Part shown: positions 14,397-29,991 of the stretch, one piece after another
How the letters are laid out: each line of letters begins with the position of its first letter
Numbering within the stretch: position 1 is the first letter of the stretch
Assembly (NCBI GenBank): GCA_951406725.2
Contig: OX597815.1
Coordinates: forward strand, 11,470,001 to 11,534,000
DNA from: Octopus vulgaris
Lineage: Eukaryota
DNA length: 64,000 bases
Direction of reading: 5' to 3'
Notes under the pieces: generated by a model
Databases searched by the model: none
Told to the model about the DNA's origin: nothing
What the model saw: the letters and a program-made list of their open reading frames with translations, nothing else
Made by a program: the position numbers and the translations under genes

Positions 14397-16600
14397 CTAA
14401 GATAGATACATTGACAAATACTTTTGTGTAGTGTGCTTCTTTGTCTAAATTTCACGTACATATTATATCGAACCTGTAATGTTGAAAAGCAAAGTCGACC
14501 TCAGTGTGATATGAATTTATGTAACGTGACCTTAGGACATACCTCTAGTTACTTTGGTTTTGTACAAATTCTGCCATTTAACATAGTTTTCTATGGTAAT
14601 TACATATCGTTACCAGCAATATATTATATTATAATCTGAAACAGATTTTCAACTTTCGATAACGTTTAAACATTACCTTTGAGGATAACAGGAACAATTA
14701 ATTAAAAGAGAAACAAAAGATTGAGGATACCTGTATACTTACGGTCACTCAACTTATTATACATTGTTACTGAAATCTTTGAAATCACTTACTAGTCTCA
14801 TTCCCAAAGCTAGAACTTATTGGTTAGATCTGCAGCAGACAGCATGGTCACGGTTTGAGTGTCTTTGATCATAGCTCTGCAGACCTGGGGTCAAACAATA
14901 ACAACATAATACAGACAGTGTTGATGAATTCTTACACAAACACAGCAAATGACTGTTCAGGAGCAAATCGACCTTAGATCTTCACCGGAAATTACTATTG
15001 GGGATATCGGAATATCCTATTTATGATACAGAAGAAGTATTTCACTTCAAAATACTCGCTGAAAAATTGGAATACTGTAAGTTCTTTAATCCAAGGTTAC
15101 TACATTCTCATGAAGCTGCTGTTCGAAGAATCATTTATAATAACTTTCGAAAACTTAAAGTCATATTGGATGCATGGTCTAATCTATTACAGGCTTATGA
15201 TTTAGATTGTTAACAGACAGTTGCAACCGGCAAATAGGATTATCTAGCCAACTCACTTATGCATGAAATGCCAGCAGTCATTATAGATTCGGAGAGACCT
15301 GACTTGTAAATAAAGGTCACACTGGATAATGTAGTGCTTGATGGTTAATAAGTGATAGTTAAAATGGAATGCCGTAGTTCAAAGGCCTGAACGGTCAGCA
15401 GTGAATGGCAACGAGCAGAAACAACATAATTTCATTGTATTTCGGTTTACGTCTACTAAGTATCACGATTTGAAGATAGTGTTTTTGTTCTATTTTCTTC
15501 TGTAACACATAGTATATCTTTAACATAGTATCATTTGTTACTGTTGTCTACCTTAGCCACAGTTCAGTCGCGATTAAACAGATTAATGAACGAAGCATGC
15601 GAACTAAAATAGGCAATGTCCATGAACTTTTCCAGCGGCTACGATGTAATTAGAAGTGGGGTGAATGAAAGTCTCCTCAAAATCGTAGACCTGGTTCGAC
15701 TACATGTAACAAATTGAACTTCACTAGAAACTCTAAGGATCAAACAGAGTGTTAAATCGAGAGGCATTTAAACCTTCCAACAATGAACTCTGAAAGCAAA
15801 GATCTGCCACGAATACTTTAAGGCAGCTCATACAACCCAATAACGATTCCACCAGTCCACAGCCAAACTGATAAAAGATGTGACGTCAGTAGTATTTTGG
15901 AAACAAAATACAAGAAACCGGACTCTAAACTGCAAAACATGTCATCGCATGTTGATCTGAAATTCAAGTAGTGGTCACACCGATGGTTGTCACTATAAAC
16001 ATAGCTGGAGCGTTATTTTTGGTGTTTCTTGCAACACTTTTTCTATGAGTCAAAGTCAAAATCCGATCGAACAAACATATATGATCATAATCATGACGAC
16101 TATGTTCACCGCGTGTTTTGGGGGTCTCTGGCATTATATTCTTCTATGGGTATTTTCAGTTTTAAGTCTGTAGTTTGGGAATTATAAATATTTAATGATC
16201 ACGTAACACGCATCTCTAATGGCTTAGGTATGAGTAAATCTGGAACCCGCGATGCGTCATCATATGTAGACAGATATATAAAGTTTGTATTTCCCAATTT
16301 TATTCATATCGCGAACAACTTAAAATCTAAATACAATCTTGTAGGTTTCAATAAGGTTGTTGACTCATTCATACGAAGTGGTGAGTGTGGGGTGGGGTTG
16401 CATCGGATTTTACTCAAAATGTTCAACGTTTGATTTATTTCTTTTAATACAAAGTTTATTGGTCGATTGGCTTCATTTGACCTCCTTCTCGCCCACTGCC
16501 ACTTAAGCACTGTAACACTATTTTGTTTGTATGAGAAAGGAGAGGAGAAACAGATGAAGGAGAACAAACAAACAACAGATAGGAGACACTAGAGGTACGC

Positions 16601-17120
<520 letters not shown>

Positions 17121-17819
17121 AAACAAATGCCCACCAACATTATCATATGTATAAATACAAAGATATATCGATTTATCTATCTTTAGTAATTTGTCTCTCT
17201 GTCCCGTGTCTCTTCTACTCTATCTGTATATGTGAATGTTTAAGCTGACAGCTTTTCATAAAGTATACGAAAAGAGAGACAGTGATACGTCCATCGGAAG
17301 CCATCGGATATATTAATGGCAAATTTCAGTAAGCTTTATTTTCAGTGCATCATCGATTGTTGACCTTTTGTAAATATCGCATACTCATATATTTTCAGTA
17401 TTTTATTATCACCACATTCAATCGATTGACTTGGCCCGTGATTCTGGCAGGGCACCACTCCAGTCTACTAAACTATCATGCCATAATGTTGAACTTTACT
17501 CCGTCTATCAAGTAACCATTGTAATATAGTAAATAAATCTTCAACTATCGGAAGAGTCAATTTAGGAAATAAGTGATACAACTTCTTTCCTTTGTTATCA
17601 TTCAATGATAGTAAAATTTTATGTAAAGGGCATTTCACCCCATAGACAACTCGGTTAAAATACTGGGTTTTCTTTCCATGTGATATACGATTCCTTGTTT
17701 CATGTTTGCCAATAGAAGTTTCTGTACTAAGCCGACATTTAATCGTTTCTACGAGAAGACGTTTATTGGATTCAAAGTAAACTCATGACTAATTCTGTTA
17801 CTTGAAATTTAGAAGTATT

Positions 17820-18033
17820 CTTTTCTATTCAAGTCACAAATCACGATTTGTTTTAGGGGCGGGGTCTAGTCGATTAGATCATCCCCAGTCGCAGCTGGTA
17901 CTTAAGTTATCGACCCCGAAAGGATGTAAGGCAAGGTTGACCTCGGTGGAATTTGAACTCAGAACGCAAAGACTGACGAAATACTGCTAAGCATTTCGTT
18001 CGGCGTGCTAACGATTCCGGCAGCTCGCCGCCT
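17820..18033 (-). mobile_element. SINE family B, short-tail variant
   Basis: Head ggcggcgagctgccggaatcgttagc, B box gagttcaaattcc, Nin block. Confidence 0.8.
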
Positions 18034-19380
18034 TTGAATTTAAGAAGTACTGACAGACGAATAGAAACGATAAATCTTGTATCATAGACACATGTAAGTT
18101 TGGTGATTTAAAAAAAAATTCCGACTAGGTTCTTCGGTAAATACGTAACGTAATGGAACAAAGAGTAAAATAAAATCATCCAATGTGTCTTAAAATTTAC
18201 CTTAGGTTAATTATTAAACATTGTAGTGTTGTTGAGATTAGGACTAGTGATGAAGTTAAACCACATTTGGTTTCGGATGTTGATTCTTCGCCTTGTAGAC
18301 TTATACGATTTACGGTATTTAGTGTTGGCAAGCAAAGTCATCTTCAGACATGCATTTTCTAAACCCATTCTATACACTGGAACAGTACAGGTATGTAAGG
18401 TGTTTCTAACATTTAACATGTAACAGTTTTGTTACTGAGTTTCTTGCTTTGTTTCCTTTTTGCGAAAGGAAATTACAAGTAAATAAAAAAAATGAATAAG
18501 AATGGCATATATATGTGTGTGTGTGTGTGTTTGTATGTTCGAGTGTGTGCGTCTAGGAATTCTTTTATGTATCTATGTTAAAGTATGATATATAAATTAG
18601 CAACAATTCCAGTTTGTAAACGAAATATATAATTATCTCATAGTTCTTATACAAGGGAAATATCTTATATTTCTTAATAAGAAATAATTCCAAAATGATT
18701 TCCGCAATCTATTTTTGTTTTTCAAGAAAAAACAAATAACGGTTTTGCACGGTAAAAGAATACTTTTGATTACACTTAATGATTATTATGTGTGTGTCAT
18801 TAGAGAGTAATTATGTGACGATTCTCAAGTATCATTAACTAATATCGACCCAGAATTATGTCGCCATTGTCGTTTTCCAAAGATCTTAAACTCCCTTAAC
18901 CAACGACCAAACTCAATCAGTCATTATACTTAATTCAATGCAGCGCCTGAACAACGACGAAAAACATTTTCTTTTCAGAGAAATTACTAATAGAAGAATG
19001 AACCATATAGAATATCTCAAAATAAGAAGAATTAATCAAATAGAAAATATTTAACATTTCGGCGTTTTTTGCAAATATTGCGCCGTAATTCTGAATAATT
19101 AGGACGCTGGTGATAATGACTTTCCACATTAATACAGGGTTAGAATACTGTAGAAATATACGAATGCAGTTTCGATGAAGCCCACTATGTTATGTGGAAG
19201 GAAAGAATTGAAAGTTGTTTTGGTGGAATTTAATACAAGCTAATCCATACACAATCTCTTTAATTATTCGGCTTGTTACTAATCTGTCACACCGACAAAC
19301 TTAGAAGGATGAGAATAGTAATCATTCATTAACGAGAAGGAAAAGTAAATTTGTTTTTTAAAGGAATGGAATATTCAATA

Positions 19381-19619
19381 CCTATTTCTTTACTACCCAC
19401 AAGGGGCTAAACACAGAGGAGACAAGCAAGGACAGACAAACGGATTAAGTCGATTATATCGACTCCAGTGCGTAACTGGTACTTAATTTATCGACCCCGA
19501 ATGGATGAAAGGCAAAGTCGACCTCGGCGGAATTTGAACTCAGAATTTAACGGCAGACGAAATACTGCTAAGCATTTCGTCCGACCGACGTGCTCACGAT
19601 TCTGCCAACTAGCTGCCTT
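19381..19619 (-). mobile_element. SINE family B, long-tail monomer
   Basis: Head, B box, Nin block and tail gtttagccccttgtgggtagtaaagaaatag. Confidence 0.85.
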
Positions 19620-20299
19620 AAGGAGGGGAATATCCAATACAATTTTATCAATCGGGAACATGAAGAGCAAGTTTTACCCTATCAATTTTAATCAAGTTCT
19701 CAGTTAATAAATGTTTTTCGTGCAATTAGTGAAATTTGCAGGCACAGTAGATAAACTACAACCCCACTCGTCCATAAAAACGGTTTGAAGTGTATACAAA
19801 AGTGAACTCCTAAGTACACAACGATATTAGAAAACGAAAAATCTGCATGTTGAATCAACATCTTAGATTTAATAAAAAGGCAATATATCTTCGAAATTAT
19901 ATGGATAGACATTGACATTTTCTCTGTTACAAAACAAAGACGTCTAAATATTAAAAAAAACAAACAAATCATAAGAAAGTAATGACTCACTAAAGATTGT
20001 GGAACAGAATAGTGTGCGATGAAAAACATGGATACACAGTTGAGGAAATTGAACAAGTAGTACAAGTAGTACGATCTATGAATCATAGGAGAAAACACGT
20101 GTCAGTGAGGGTAATAATGTTTTACTTTATATAGAGAAAAGGTATAATAGAGAACGAAGAAAATTGCTTCAACTTTAAAATAAGCCACGTTTTACGAACG
20201 GAACATGGTTATTAATTATGAGAAGATTAATTTGAAAGAGAAAAACTACAGAAAATAGTATAGGGACTGAATACAATATTAGGGAAAATCAAAAATCGT

Positions 20300-23260
20300 G
20301 AATATAACTGATGTAAACGATAATTACTGCCTAAGTTCATGGAGTTAAAAGTTGAGCGGGAAAAATGCTGCAGAGACCCATGGTAGTAAAGGTAGTTGCA
20401 ATTCAAGATATCTAGGAAGGTCAAATGGAAGGCAAATAAAGAAAGATGACTAAAGATTAAAGTAATAGAGAATTTCGGAATGCGATATAAAAACAGATAA
20501 GAATGTTACAGACTGTTGAGTCAGATAAAAATACTCGAGACAAGCAAAACATATCAGTACCAGCAGAGCAGCGCTTCCAGAAAGAATGTTATCAAAAGCG
20601 AAACAATGAAACCGAACGTCCGGAGAATTATATTAAAAATACTATAGCATCGTGGAACATTATTATATTAGAACAAGAGTATAAAAGACAATAAAGAAGC
20701 GGAATATGAACGAGAGTTTAAAACAGATTTAGAAAATATGTAAAAAACAGTAGAATATAAATATATTAGAGAAAAACATTTGTAAAGCTGCTTCACGAAA
20801 ATAAAATTGGGAAGCTACTGAATCTGAGGGTAGTCCGGGATTCTAGTTTTAACATCTTACAAGTAAGTACGAGTATTTAAGACCGAATCCTATTAATTGA
20901 ATAGAAAATGGATCAATAGCATGTCTGACAAACAGTAAGAGATTGTGTGCTAATACAGAAAGACAAAGAAAATATAGGGAAGGCCAGTTAATGCAGACGT
21001 ATTATATGCTTACTATCATTGCACGGGAAATGGTTAACAATTCTTAAACAATTAAATTGCTTAGCTTTCTGGTGGAGAAAGAAGATCGAAAGAAAATACA
21101 GAATAAAGACTAGGAGAACTGCTGGTATATTGTCCATCAATTGCAATGTGAAGTACGAATAAGCAAAAAAACAACATATAGTAACATTCCAGGTAGCTTA
21201 TATTTGGATTGGTTCAGGACATTTTAATCCATGAGAAAAATAGCAATTTTTCCAGAAAAATATTGCAATCGGTGGAAATAGAAGCAAAGTGTGCAAGAAA
21301 ATAATTAGGAAAATTAGTAGAGCAATGTTTCCGGGGAATCTGCCCTCTCGATGATTACTTTTCATTATTGTGATGATAACTTTGACAAGAATAATACGAA
21401 AATCCAGAATTACTTAAAAGCTTTTGAAGATCAGGGAGAAAATATATCGCCTAATAAACAACGATGATTTGCAACTATACACCGAAGATAAAAAAGAAAA
21501 ACAACAAAAAAACAATAAAGAGAATATTAGCGAAAGTTTGGAATGAAAAAGTGTACAATTTAATTATGATGTTATGAAGGGAAATCCAAAGAGTACCTCT
21601 GATAAGACATATATACGATAAGATAACTAGATCGCTGAAAGATAATGAAGAGTATATCTAGCCGTGCTTGGTCTTGGATGATGAGATAAGGGAAAAGGAA
21701 ATGAGCGAGAAATTCTCCACTCCAATGGATGCAAAAGAATGGTTTAGAAGGTGCTTGATATAAAAACTACATCGAGATGATGTTATCAAGGCAATCTGTT
21801 TTCTGAGAAGAAACAACAGGAGAGGGTTGTTAAATGCAGAATATACCATACCTTGAAATCTGAAATTTATGGATTGTGAAAAAGGTACGTTGTGCATCGT
21901 AAGGTAAAAACTATTTGATGTGGTTAGAAATATCAAAGAAATCACTGAAACATGCTTTCCAGATGCTTCGGTGATTCTGCCAATCCAGCGCCCTAATATT
22001 AATGGTGTCCAATTTATGACAGTAATTTTGATGGCGGGTATCAGTCGATTACATCGATCACTGCACAATAAGATTAATTTTTTTTTTTTGGGGGGGGGGG
22101 GATCTACCGAAATAAAACAAAAATTGAAATTGTTAAGGACAAATTCAGACAATCCTGTATAAATAGAAATCGTTGTCGTAGGTAATTTCAAAGATGTAGC
22201 TCTACGAAAGAAACAAACTTGAGTACCAACACAAAGAACGATTTATTCGATAATTAGTAGCCTTAATATTATCTTTATATATAAAAGAGAAGTTGTGTGT
22301 CTGTCTCCTACGATTTAGATTCCTAACTACTCCCACATTTTGCGGTGCAGTTTAACCAAAACCGGGTATCTTATAGTCGTGATTCATATCGAGCCCTTCT
22401 GGATATTAGCGCGCGTCTACGATGATCTACGATTAAAAAAAAAATTACCATAATTTCTTTCCATTTTAATGCATTTTTTTCGCTATTATATAAGGGAAGT
22501 AACTCTCTAAAAATGTCTACGATGAGTCAACGATTTAAAAAAAATTTACCATAATTTCTTTTCCATTTTTAATGCATATTTTTGCTATTTTTGGCTATAA
22601 CTCTCTAAAAATGCTTATATAGTTATTTCCCTTACAAACCCGAGCAACGTCGGGCGATACTGCTAGTTGAATATAAAGCTTCGCAAAACGTACAGTGAGA
22701 ACATTCCCTTTAAAATTTGAAAAGGAAACATGAAAGAAAAGAAAAAAAGGAAACGACGAGATGTTGGATTACATATCGAAATGGATAAGAGGGAGGTATA
22801 ATATAGATAAAAGTGCAAATACTTGAATTGTAGGAAAATTTGACGTGAATGCTAATGTTCGTATTCTGGACTACAATGAAATACTTAAAAAGATCCTATC
22901 AACAAAGTCTTGTACGATAAGACATTACGAAGGCATGAACCTCTTCTTGCAGAATACCAAAAGTTTATGAAGAGGCAATAAATGCAAAACAAAAACACAG
23001 AAAGGAATGGAAAACGACTTGATGCTGCATCAGCATTGGTAGGAGATAAAGCATATTGAATGAAAATATGGAAAAATAGCATTCAAAAGAATCGAAATGC
23101 ACAATGGATTTGAAGGGAAAATAGTATAAGAAATTGCAATAACGCAGCAAGCATGACGGAGCATCACAAGCGAGAAATTTAACGTAGTGAAACAGCAAGC
23201 AGCTGGAAAGTTCCCAGAATTAACGAAGCATCCGAAACACTTGTTGAAATACGTAACTGT
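20300..23260 (+). mobile_element. Very degraded R4/Dong-type LINE, interrupted by a Helitron
   Basis: Frameshifted relics of the GDSLSPLLFII, xxDDLQLY and YLGVL...EIREKEM motifs at 21330-21710; boundaries approximate. Confidence 0.55.
22272..22666 (+). mobile_element. Non-autonomous Helitron-like element
   Basis: a|TC start, internal ~85 bp tandem duplication, 3' hairpin cccgagcaacgtcggg, CTAG|t end. Confidence 0.8.
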
Positions 23261-23949
23261 TATTCATTTATTTTAACAACAATATTCACTGAATTTATAA
23301 AGGGACCAGCGTTAGCACTGGAATTGTTACTAGATTGCAAAACTATATTGATTCCGAAAAGATAACCACAAGAGACTCAGCAAAACTGCCGACGTATGAT
23401 GTGTTTGGCAACGACATACAATTCGTTACATCTGTATTCTATAGCATAATGGCAGCTCACCCGGAAAATAATTATAGTTTTTCTAGGAGCGGAGCAGCAG
23501 TGTCGGAGAGGGATGCGAGATTTTAAAGAGTAGCAATTGTTAAACCAGCATTTATCAAAGGCCGGAAAATAAACTTAGCATGACATGGACTGTTTAATCA
23601 AAAGCGTTTCATTGAAAACCTCACTTTGGAATATTACGGACACTGCATATGAATAAACCAACAACAGCATTAACAAAGTCCATCAACTATGACACGTAAA
23701 ACTGGAAAACATCACTGCAGGGCAAACAGAATAAATGTTTCTGGGAATCTCTTCAGATTTATCAACTGAAGGTTATGCAATCACAATCAGCAACATACAT
23801 ACATACACCTATACGCACATGTGTGTACATATATATATACACACACACATACATATATCTATATATATACACATACACACACACACGTATATATATATAT
23901 ATATAGAACTTAGAACTTAGAAAGGTTTTGGCCAGTATCGGCCCAGGCC

Positions 23950-24023
<74 letters not shown>

Positions 24024-24112
24024 ACACTCACATGTATATATATGCACATGCACACACACATATATATACACACACACACACACACATATATGTATATATA
24101 TGTATGTATATA

Positions 24113-24418
24113 TAGGAATGTGTGGCTGTATGCTAAAAAGCTTGCTTCCCAACAACAATGTTCGGATTTGAATCCCAGAGCATGACACATTATAGAAGTG
24201 TTTTCTACTATATATCGCCCAGGCAACCAAACCATTGTTAGTGGATTTGGTCCAGGGAAGCTGAAAGATATTTCTTTATTGCCCACAAGGGGCTAAACAT
24301 AGAGGGGACGAACAAGGACAGACAAAGGGATAAAGTCGATTACATCTACCCCAGTGAGTAACTGGTACTTAATTTATCGACCCCCAAAAGGATGAAAGGC
24401 AAAGTCGACCTCGGCGAA
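24113..24418. mobile_element. Degraded family A SINE 5' half (+) abutting family B SINE 3' part (-)
   Basis: gtggctgtatgctaaaaagcttgcttcccaac head; minus-strand Nin block and tail at 24269-24418. Confidence 0.7.
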
Positions 24419-24618
24419 GTTCCAGGCTTTAATGGTCTTGGGAAAAAACTGGTTGATGGCCCAAAATCCGATTTCTTTTACTAGTCTTAGAAAAACTGAG
24501 GGAGTGCTGCGATTTGTGTGTAAATCTGAGAGTGGAATGTGTTGAATAAAATCATAATTAACTGATCTTCCTGTATTTCTTTTACCCAAAACGAGTAACT
24601 TTTCATCACGCCTCGGAA

Positions 24619-24694
<76 letters not shown>

Positions 24695-25535
24695 TGTTGT
24701 ATCTGGGGACAGTAATTTTCTTTTTGTGTCTTATGATTTAACACACTCATCGGTAAAATTTCCACTTTTTTCTAATTTTTATTTTCCTAAAATTTTCGTT
24801 GCGTCTGGCAACCTTTTTCGATTGTTTTGACTCTGTCTCTTATTTACACTGCGTTCCCTTTTGTTTGTTTGTGTGCATGTGTGTAGGTCAGTGTGTGTGT
24901 GTGTGTGTGTGTGCCTATACATGCATGCATGTACGTATATATGTATGTGTGTGTTTGCATGTGTATGTACGTTTATATGTGTGTGTATATGCAAACCAAA
25001 TCCCAAAACGAAATATATATATATAGTGGTAATCTGGATGGAGTGCTGGTATAGATGGAGTGCTGGTAGAGGAGATATATATGTAAATGAAATTAACGAC
25101 TTTGTTTAAAATTCACTGCAATTGTTTCGACGCATTCTCACACCTATAGTAGATAGGCTAGATGTAGGGAAATCGTCCTCTTCAAAGACACTCCGATATC
25201 CTTGCATCTCACAGTCTGGAAACGTGGTGCTGCGAACTGATTTAGGTATATTTATGTCGTTTGTCTACAGAAAGAAATTTTCTCCATGACAAAATATAGT
25301 GAATAGCTTGTTTACGAATTTGAACTTGCCACTGACATATTCGAACTGGTAATGACATTGCAAAACGTTTAGAGTGAGAAGTAGGCCGAGAATTGACCAT
25401 TTCAGTGCATGTCAGCTGTTCTTTGTCCTCTTTAGGGGTCCAAATTGACTTCCTTCAGCCCTCGACAAAGGTAACAGTTTCACGTCTCTCTCTAAAGTTA
25501 ATACATTACCGTCTATTCTGTATACTTCTAAGAGT

Positions 25536-25918
25536 GGAGGCGCAATGGTCCAGTGGTTAGGGCAGCGGACTCGCGGTCGTAGGATCGCGGTCCCGATTCC
25601 CAGACCGGGCATTGTGAGTGTTTATTGAGCGAAAACACCTAAAAGCTCCACGAGGCTCCGGCAGGGCGTGGTGGTGATCCCTGCTGTACTCTTTCGCCAC
25701 AACTTTCTCTCACTCTTACTTCCTGTTTCTGTTGTACCTGTATTTCAAAGGGCCGGCCTTGTCACTCTCTGTGTCACGCTGAATATCCCCGAGAACTACG
25801 TTAAGGGTACACGTGTCTGTGGAGTGCTCAGCCACTTACACGTTAATTTCACGAGCAGGCTGTTTCGTTGATCGGATCAACCGGAACCCTCGTCGTTGTA
25901 GCCGACGGAGTGCTTCCA
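25536..25918 (+). mobile_element. SINE family C, long form with a different 3' tail
   Basis: Same head and body as 3072-3230, then a ~220 bp tail ending cgtcgttgtagccgacggagtgcttcc. Confidence 0.85.
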
Positions 25919-25929
25919 CCCATAGTTCT

Positions 25930-26215
25930 AAGGTCGACTTTGCCTTTCATCCTTTCGGGGTCGATTAAATAAGTACCAGTTACGCACTGGGGTCGATGTA
26001 ATCGACTTAATCCGTTTGTGTGTCCTTGTTTGTCCCCTCTATGTTTACCCCCTTGTCGGTAGTAGTAAAGAAAGAGGTATTTCATCTGTCTTTATGTTCT
26101 GTGGTCAAATTCCACAGAGGACGACTTTGCCTTTCATCTTTCGGGGTCTATAAATTAAGTACCAGTTGCGACTGACCCCCTCCACAAAAATTTCGAGCCT
26201 TGTGCCTAGAGAAAA
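25930..26215 (+). mobile_element. 5'-truncated family B SINE dimer (long-tail unit plus short-tail unit)
   Basis: Two Nin blocks in tandem. Confidence 0.8.
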
Positions 26216-26559
26216 ATGTGGGTGACAACAATCACACAGCAATTAAATATCACAGGGTGTGATTTAATCGATCTTCTCTTAACCTGTATGCCGAAGAATA
26301 ACTTTTGGGAGCGGATACTTAGCTGCAAAATTTAGTGAGTCATCTTGGATCTGATAGGTTTTTCAGCAGGCTTAGATGACGCTTAAGGTCTCTGACTTCT
26401 TTGTCAAATACATTCGTATCGTGTGTAATTTTTTTCTTCTTTTCTTATATACTTTTCCTATGTAAACTAACAATGTTACTGTATTTGCCTCTGTAATGAA
26501 CTTTCCGCAGTCAACCTAGCGGCCAATATTCGAATTTATTATTATTGTTATTGATGTCT

Positions 26560-26861
<302 letters not shown>

Positions 26862-27009
26862 CTTGCACCGTATGGTTTCGTCACTAAATGTCCAAAGCAC
26901 ATCTTCATTTTACATCTTTATCGACGTTCAAATTTTTCTCACATCATTCAAAAATGTAATTATTTTTCCAGTTCATATTTTTTTTCATTTCTCCCCTCTT
27001 TTTCTTTTC

Positions 27010-27205
27010 CTTACGTACATACATGCATGCATGCATACAAACATACATGCATACATACATACATACATACATACATACATACGTACGTATGAGTATGTAC
27101 TGCGTATAATAACACACATATACATAAATATACGTTCACATCTCTACGCAAATACAAATACACGTGTATGTACATATATGTATATATATGTATACATATA
27201 TACAT

Positions 27206-27287
<82 letters not shown>

Positions 27288-27302
27288 ATGCACACACACT
27301 TG

Positions 27303-27362
<60 letters not shown>

Positions 27363-27420
27363 TATGTGGATGCACACACATTTGTATAAATATGTATATA
27401 TATATACATACATATATATG

Positions 27421-27458
<38 letters not shown>

Positions 27459-27510
27459 CATATATATGTATGTATGTATATATGTATGTATATGTATCTA
27501 CGTATGTGTA
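27010..27510. repeat. (TACA)n/(TA)n microsatellite with a duplicated ggatgcacacaca.ttgtataaata unit
   Basis: Direct inspection. Confidence 0.9.
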
Positions 27511-28159
27511 AAGTGAGCACAGGTTTGGTGTGTGAGCGTAGACTTGTACATATTTGACTGTCTCTCAGTCACCAACCCTCTCTCTCTTTCGCACTTACCC
27601 ACCATCTGTGTCTCTCACTTGCTCTATCACTTCCTTTCTCTTTCGCTGTGTTTCCATCTATCCTATCTGGCTCTTACAATGATTGGATGCCATCATCTGG
27701 AAATGTCATGTACAATAAAATTTAGTTTTCCTTCACCGGAGGCTGAATGGACAATCGATAAATTTCTTATTTCAATATCTTCAATCCCAATTTTTCCATT
27801 TAAATGAAAATACTAATAATACTGATGATGGTGTTAATAATAATAATAAAAAACAAAACAAACAAACAAACAATAATATTATTAATGATAACAGAGATAA
27901 GCATAATAGAAATAATATATTAATACTATTTCTTATAATAATGAGTTAATATTTGTGAGAATAAGTAATAAGAAAATCAGTGTTATAATCTATCAGCGTC
28001 AGTTTGAACAAGAACAACAACAAAAGTGATTATAAAATGGGAATGGAAAAATAATTTCCACGTGGATTAATTATTCGCGAGAGGCGTTAACTGCACAGTT
28101 AAACCTACACACAAGCATGCATACATAATACATACATACGTACGTACATACATACATTC

Positions 28160-28520
28160 ATGCATACATAAATGTCGTGGAAGAATACAGCCGGAATGCC
28201 TGTCAAGACCTAAGTAAAATCGATGCATACCAGATGAGACATAATAACACATTTCTCTGCGAATGTGGATATAATGTGAAAGATTAATAATAATAATAAT
28301 AAAAAAAAAATAGCAAACCTGTATGCCGAGTTAACTAGAAATCTTCGAGTTATTTTGCATAGAACATTTAGATTCATACCAAAAGTTTTGGCCTAGGGAA
28401 ACGTAAAAATGGCTTCTTGAGAAGTCATCAAAAAAACAGATAAACAATGGCTATCTGAGTTATTACGGCCATAAGCAGTTAAAAACATATTTAAAATATG
28501 TATTACATTCTTCATATTTA
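28160..28520 (+). mobile_element. Degraded R4/Dong-type LINE 3' fragment (restriction-like endonuclease region)
   Basis: YAELTRNLRV...FRFIP..LG-like remnant. Confidence 0.45.
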
Positions 28521-28927
28521 GTATCCAATCTACTCGCACATAGATGTGTTGACATATATAAAAGTCAATACATACAAATTCAATACATGAATATATAAAG
28601 AATATATTCTTTATACCCCCTTTACATCTCCTTATATCTCTTTATATCTTTATGCTCTACATTTTTATATTTTTCTATACTTACACTTTTTATACATTTT
28701 TTATCCCTCGTCCTGAATTCTCGCCCCTCCATCTTCACGTATATACATGTATTTATTTATTTACATTACTTCAACATCCATTTTTCCTCATCCTACATTG
28801 AGAGAAGAAAGAGATGGACGCTTCAATTCTATGCTGCTGCCGCATTATGTCGTACGCGAATGGGAGGATTTGCATCCCCAACCAAGAATTTTTGATGTAA
28901 CACATGTCCTTGTGGAAGCTGTTGTGC

Positions 28928-29005
28928 GCGGCTGAAGAAGGCCACAGACATACATTATGCATTGTTATAAATATGTCTAATAAAGGCCCGAAACATATGT
29001 ACCGC
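28928..29005 (+). ncRNA. Type I hammerhead ribozyme (family H2)
   Basis: gcgg CTGAAGA a-ggcc...ggcc-c GAAA catatg TA^ ccgc; stem I gcgg/ccgc, palindromic stem III acatatgt, GUA triplet. Confidence 0.85.
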
Positions 29006-29036
29006 TGAATCCTTCGCATCATGTTTTTATTTTGAT

Positions 29037-29097
<61 letters not shown>

Positions 29098-29769
29098 TCA
29101 TAAATTATATGTTATAAAAATTATTACCTTTGAAGGTTATTTTTTCCATGCTGGCCACTTGATAAAATCGTTATTTTATTTTAAATTAACGATCTTATCC
29201 TTATATATATGTGTATGTATATTTATATATATATATGTATGTGTGTGTGTATGTGTGTGCGTGCGTGTGTGTGTGTGTGTGTGTGTGCGTGTCTATTGCC
29301 AGATTACATGGTTCTAAATTCGAATGAAAGGGTCTTATATTTTGTTAGAAACTGGGTACCTGCATTTCAATGAAAAATTCTTAAAATATGATCAGAACGA
29401 CATATATATATGGAGATATCATATCAAACCATACTAACATCAACTTACACCGTGAATCAGGAAATATGCTCTGCACCTTATCAGCAAAACTGTCATCTCA
29501 AAGATGCGACCATAAAGGAGGAGTTCTTTTCTAGTTAGGCTGGATTATCAGAAACATACGAACCTTTTCTCTATACGTGGATGTCAAAGGCCGTTAGACT
29601 CGCTAAAGTTGCAGATATGATAATTCGTCTCCACATTCTACCACTGATAAAATAAAGCGTAGATGAATATATATCTTGACAACATTTTTCTATGTTAATT
29701 TTATTTTCAGAGAAACATCCATTTTTATTGATGAATCTAAAGGATGCGCAAATGCCTAATAAAATTTAT

Positions 29770-29991
29770 TTATTTATTTTTTCTTTCTAGTTTCAGCTCA
29801 GAGCTGCGGCCATGCTGATGCACCGCCGTTTAGAAGAGTACAGCAGGGTTCGCCACCATCCCCTGCCAGAGCCTCGTGGAGCTTTAGGTGTTTTTGCCCA
29901 ATAAACACTCACAACGCCCAGGCGGGGAATCGAACCCGCGTTCCTACGACCGCGAATCCGCTGCCCTAACCACTAGGCCATTGCGCCTCCA
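29770..29991 (-). mobile_element. SINE family C, short form with CR1-derived tail
   Basis: Reverse-complement homologue of 3072-3295. Confidence 0.85.
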
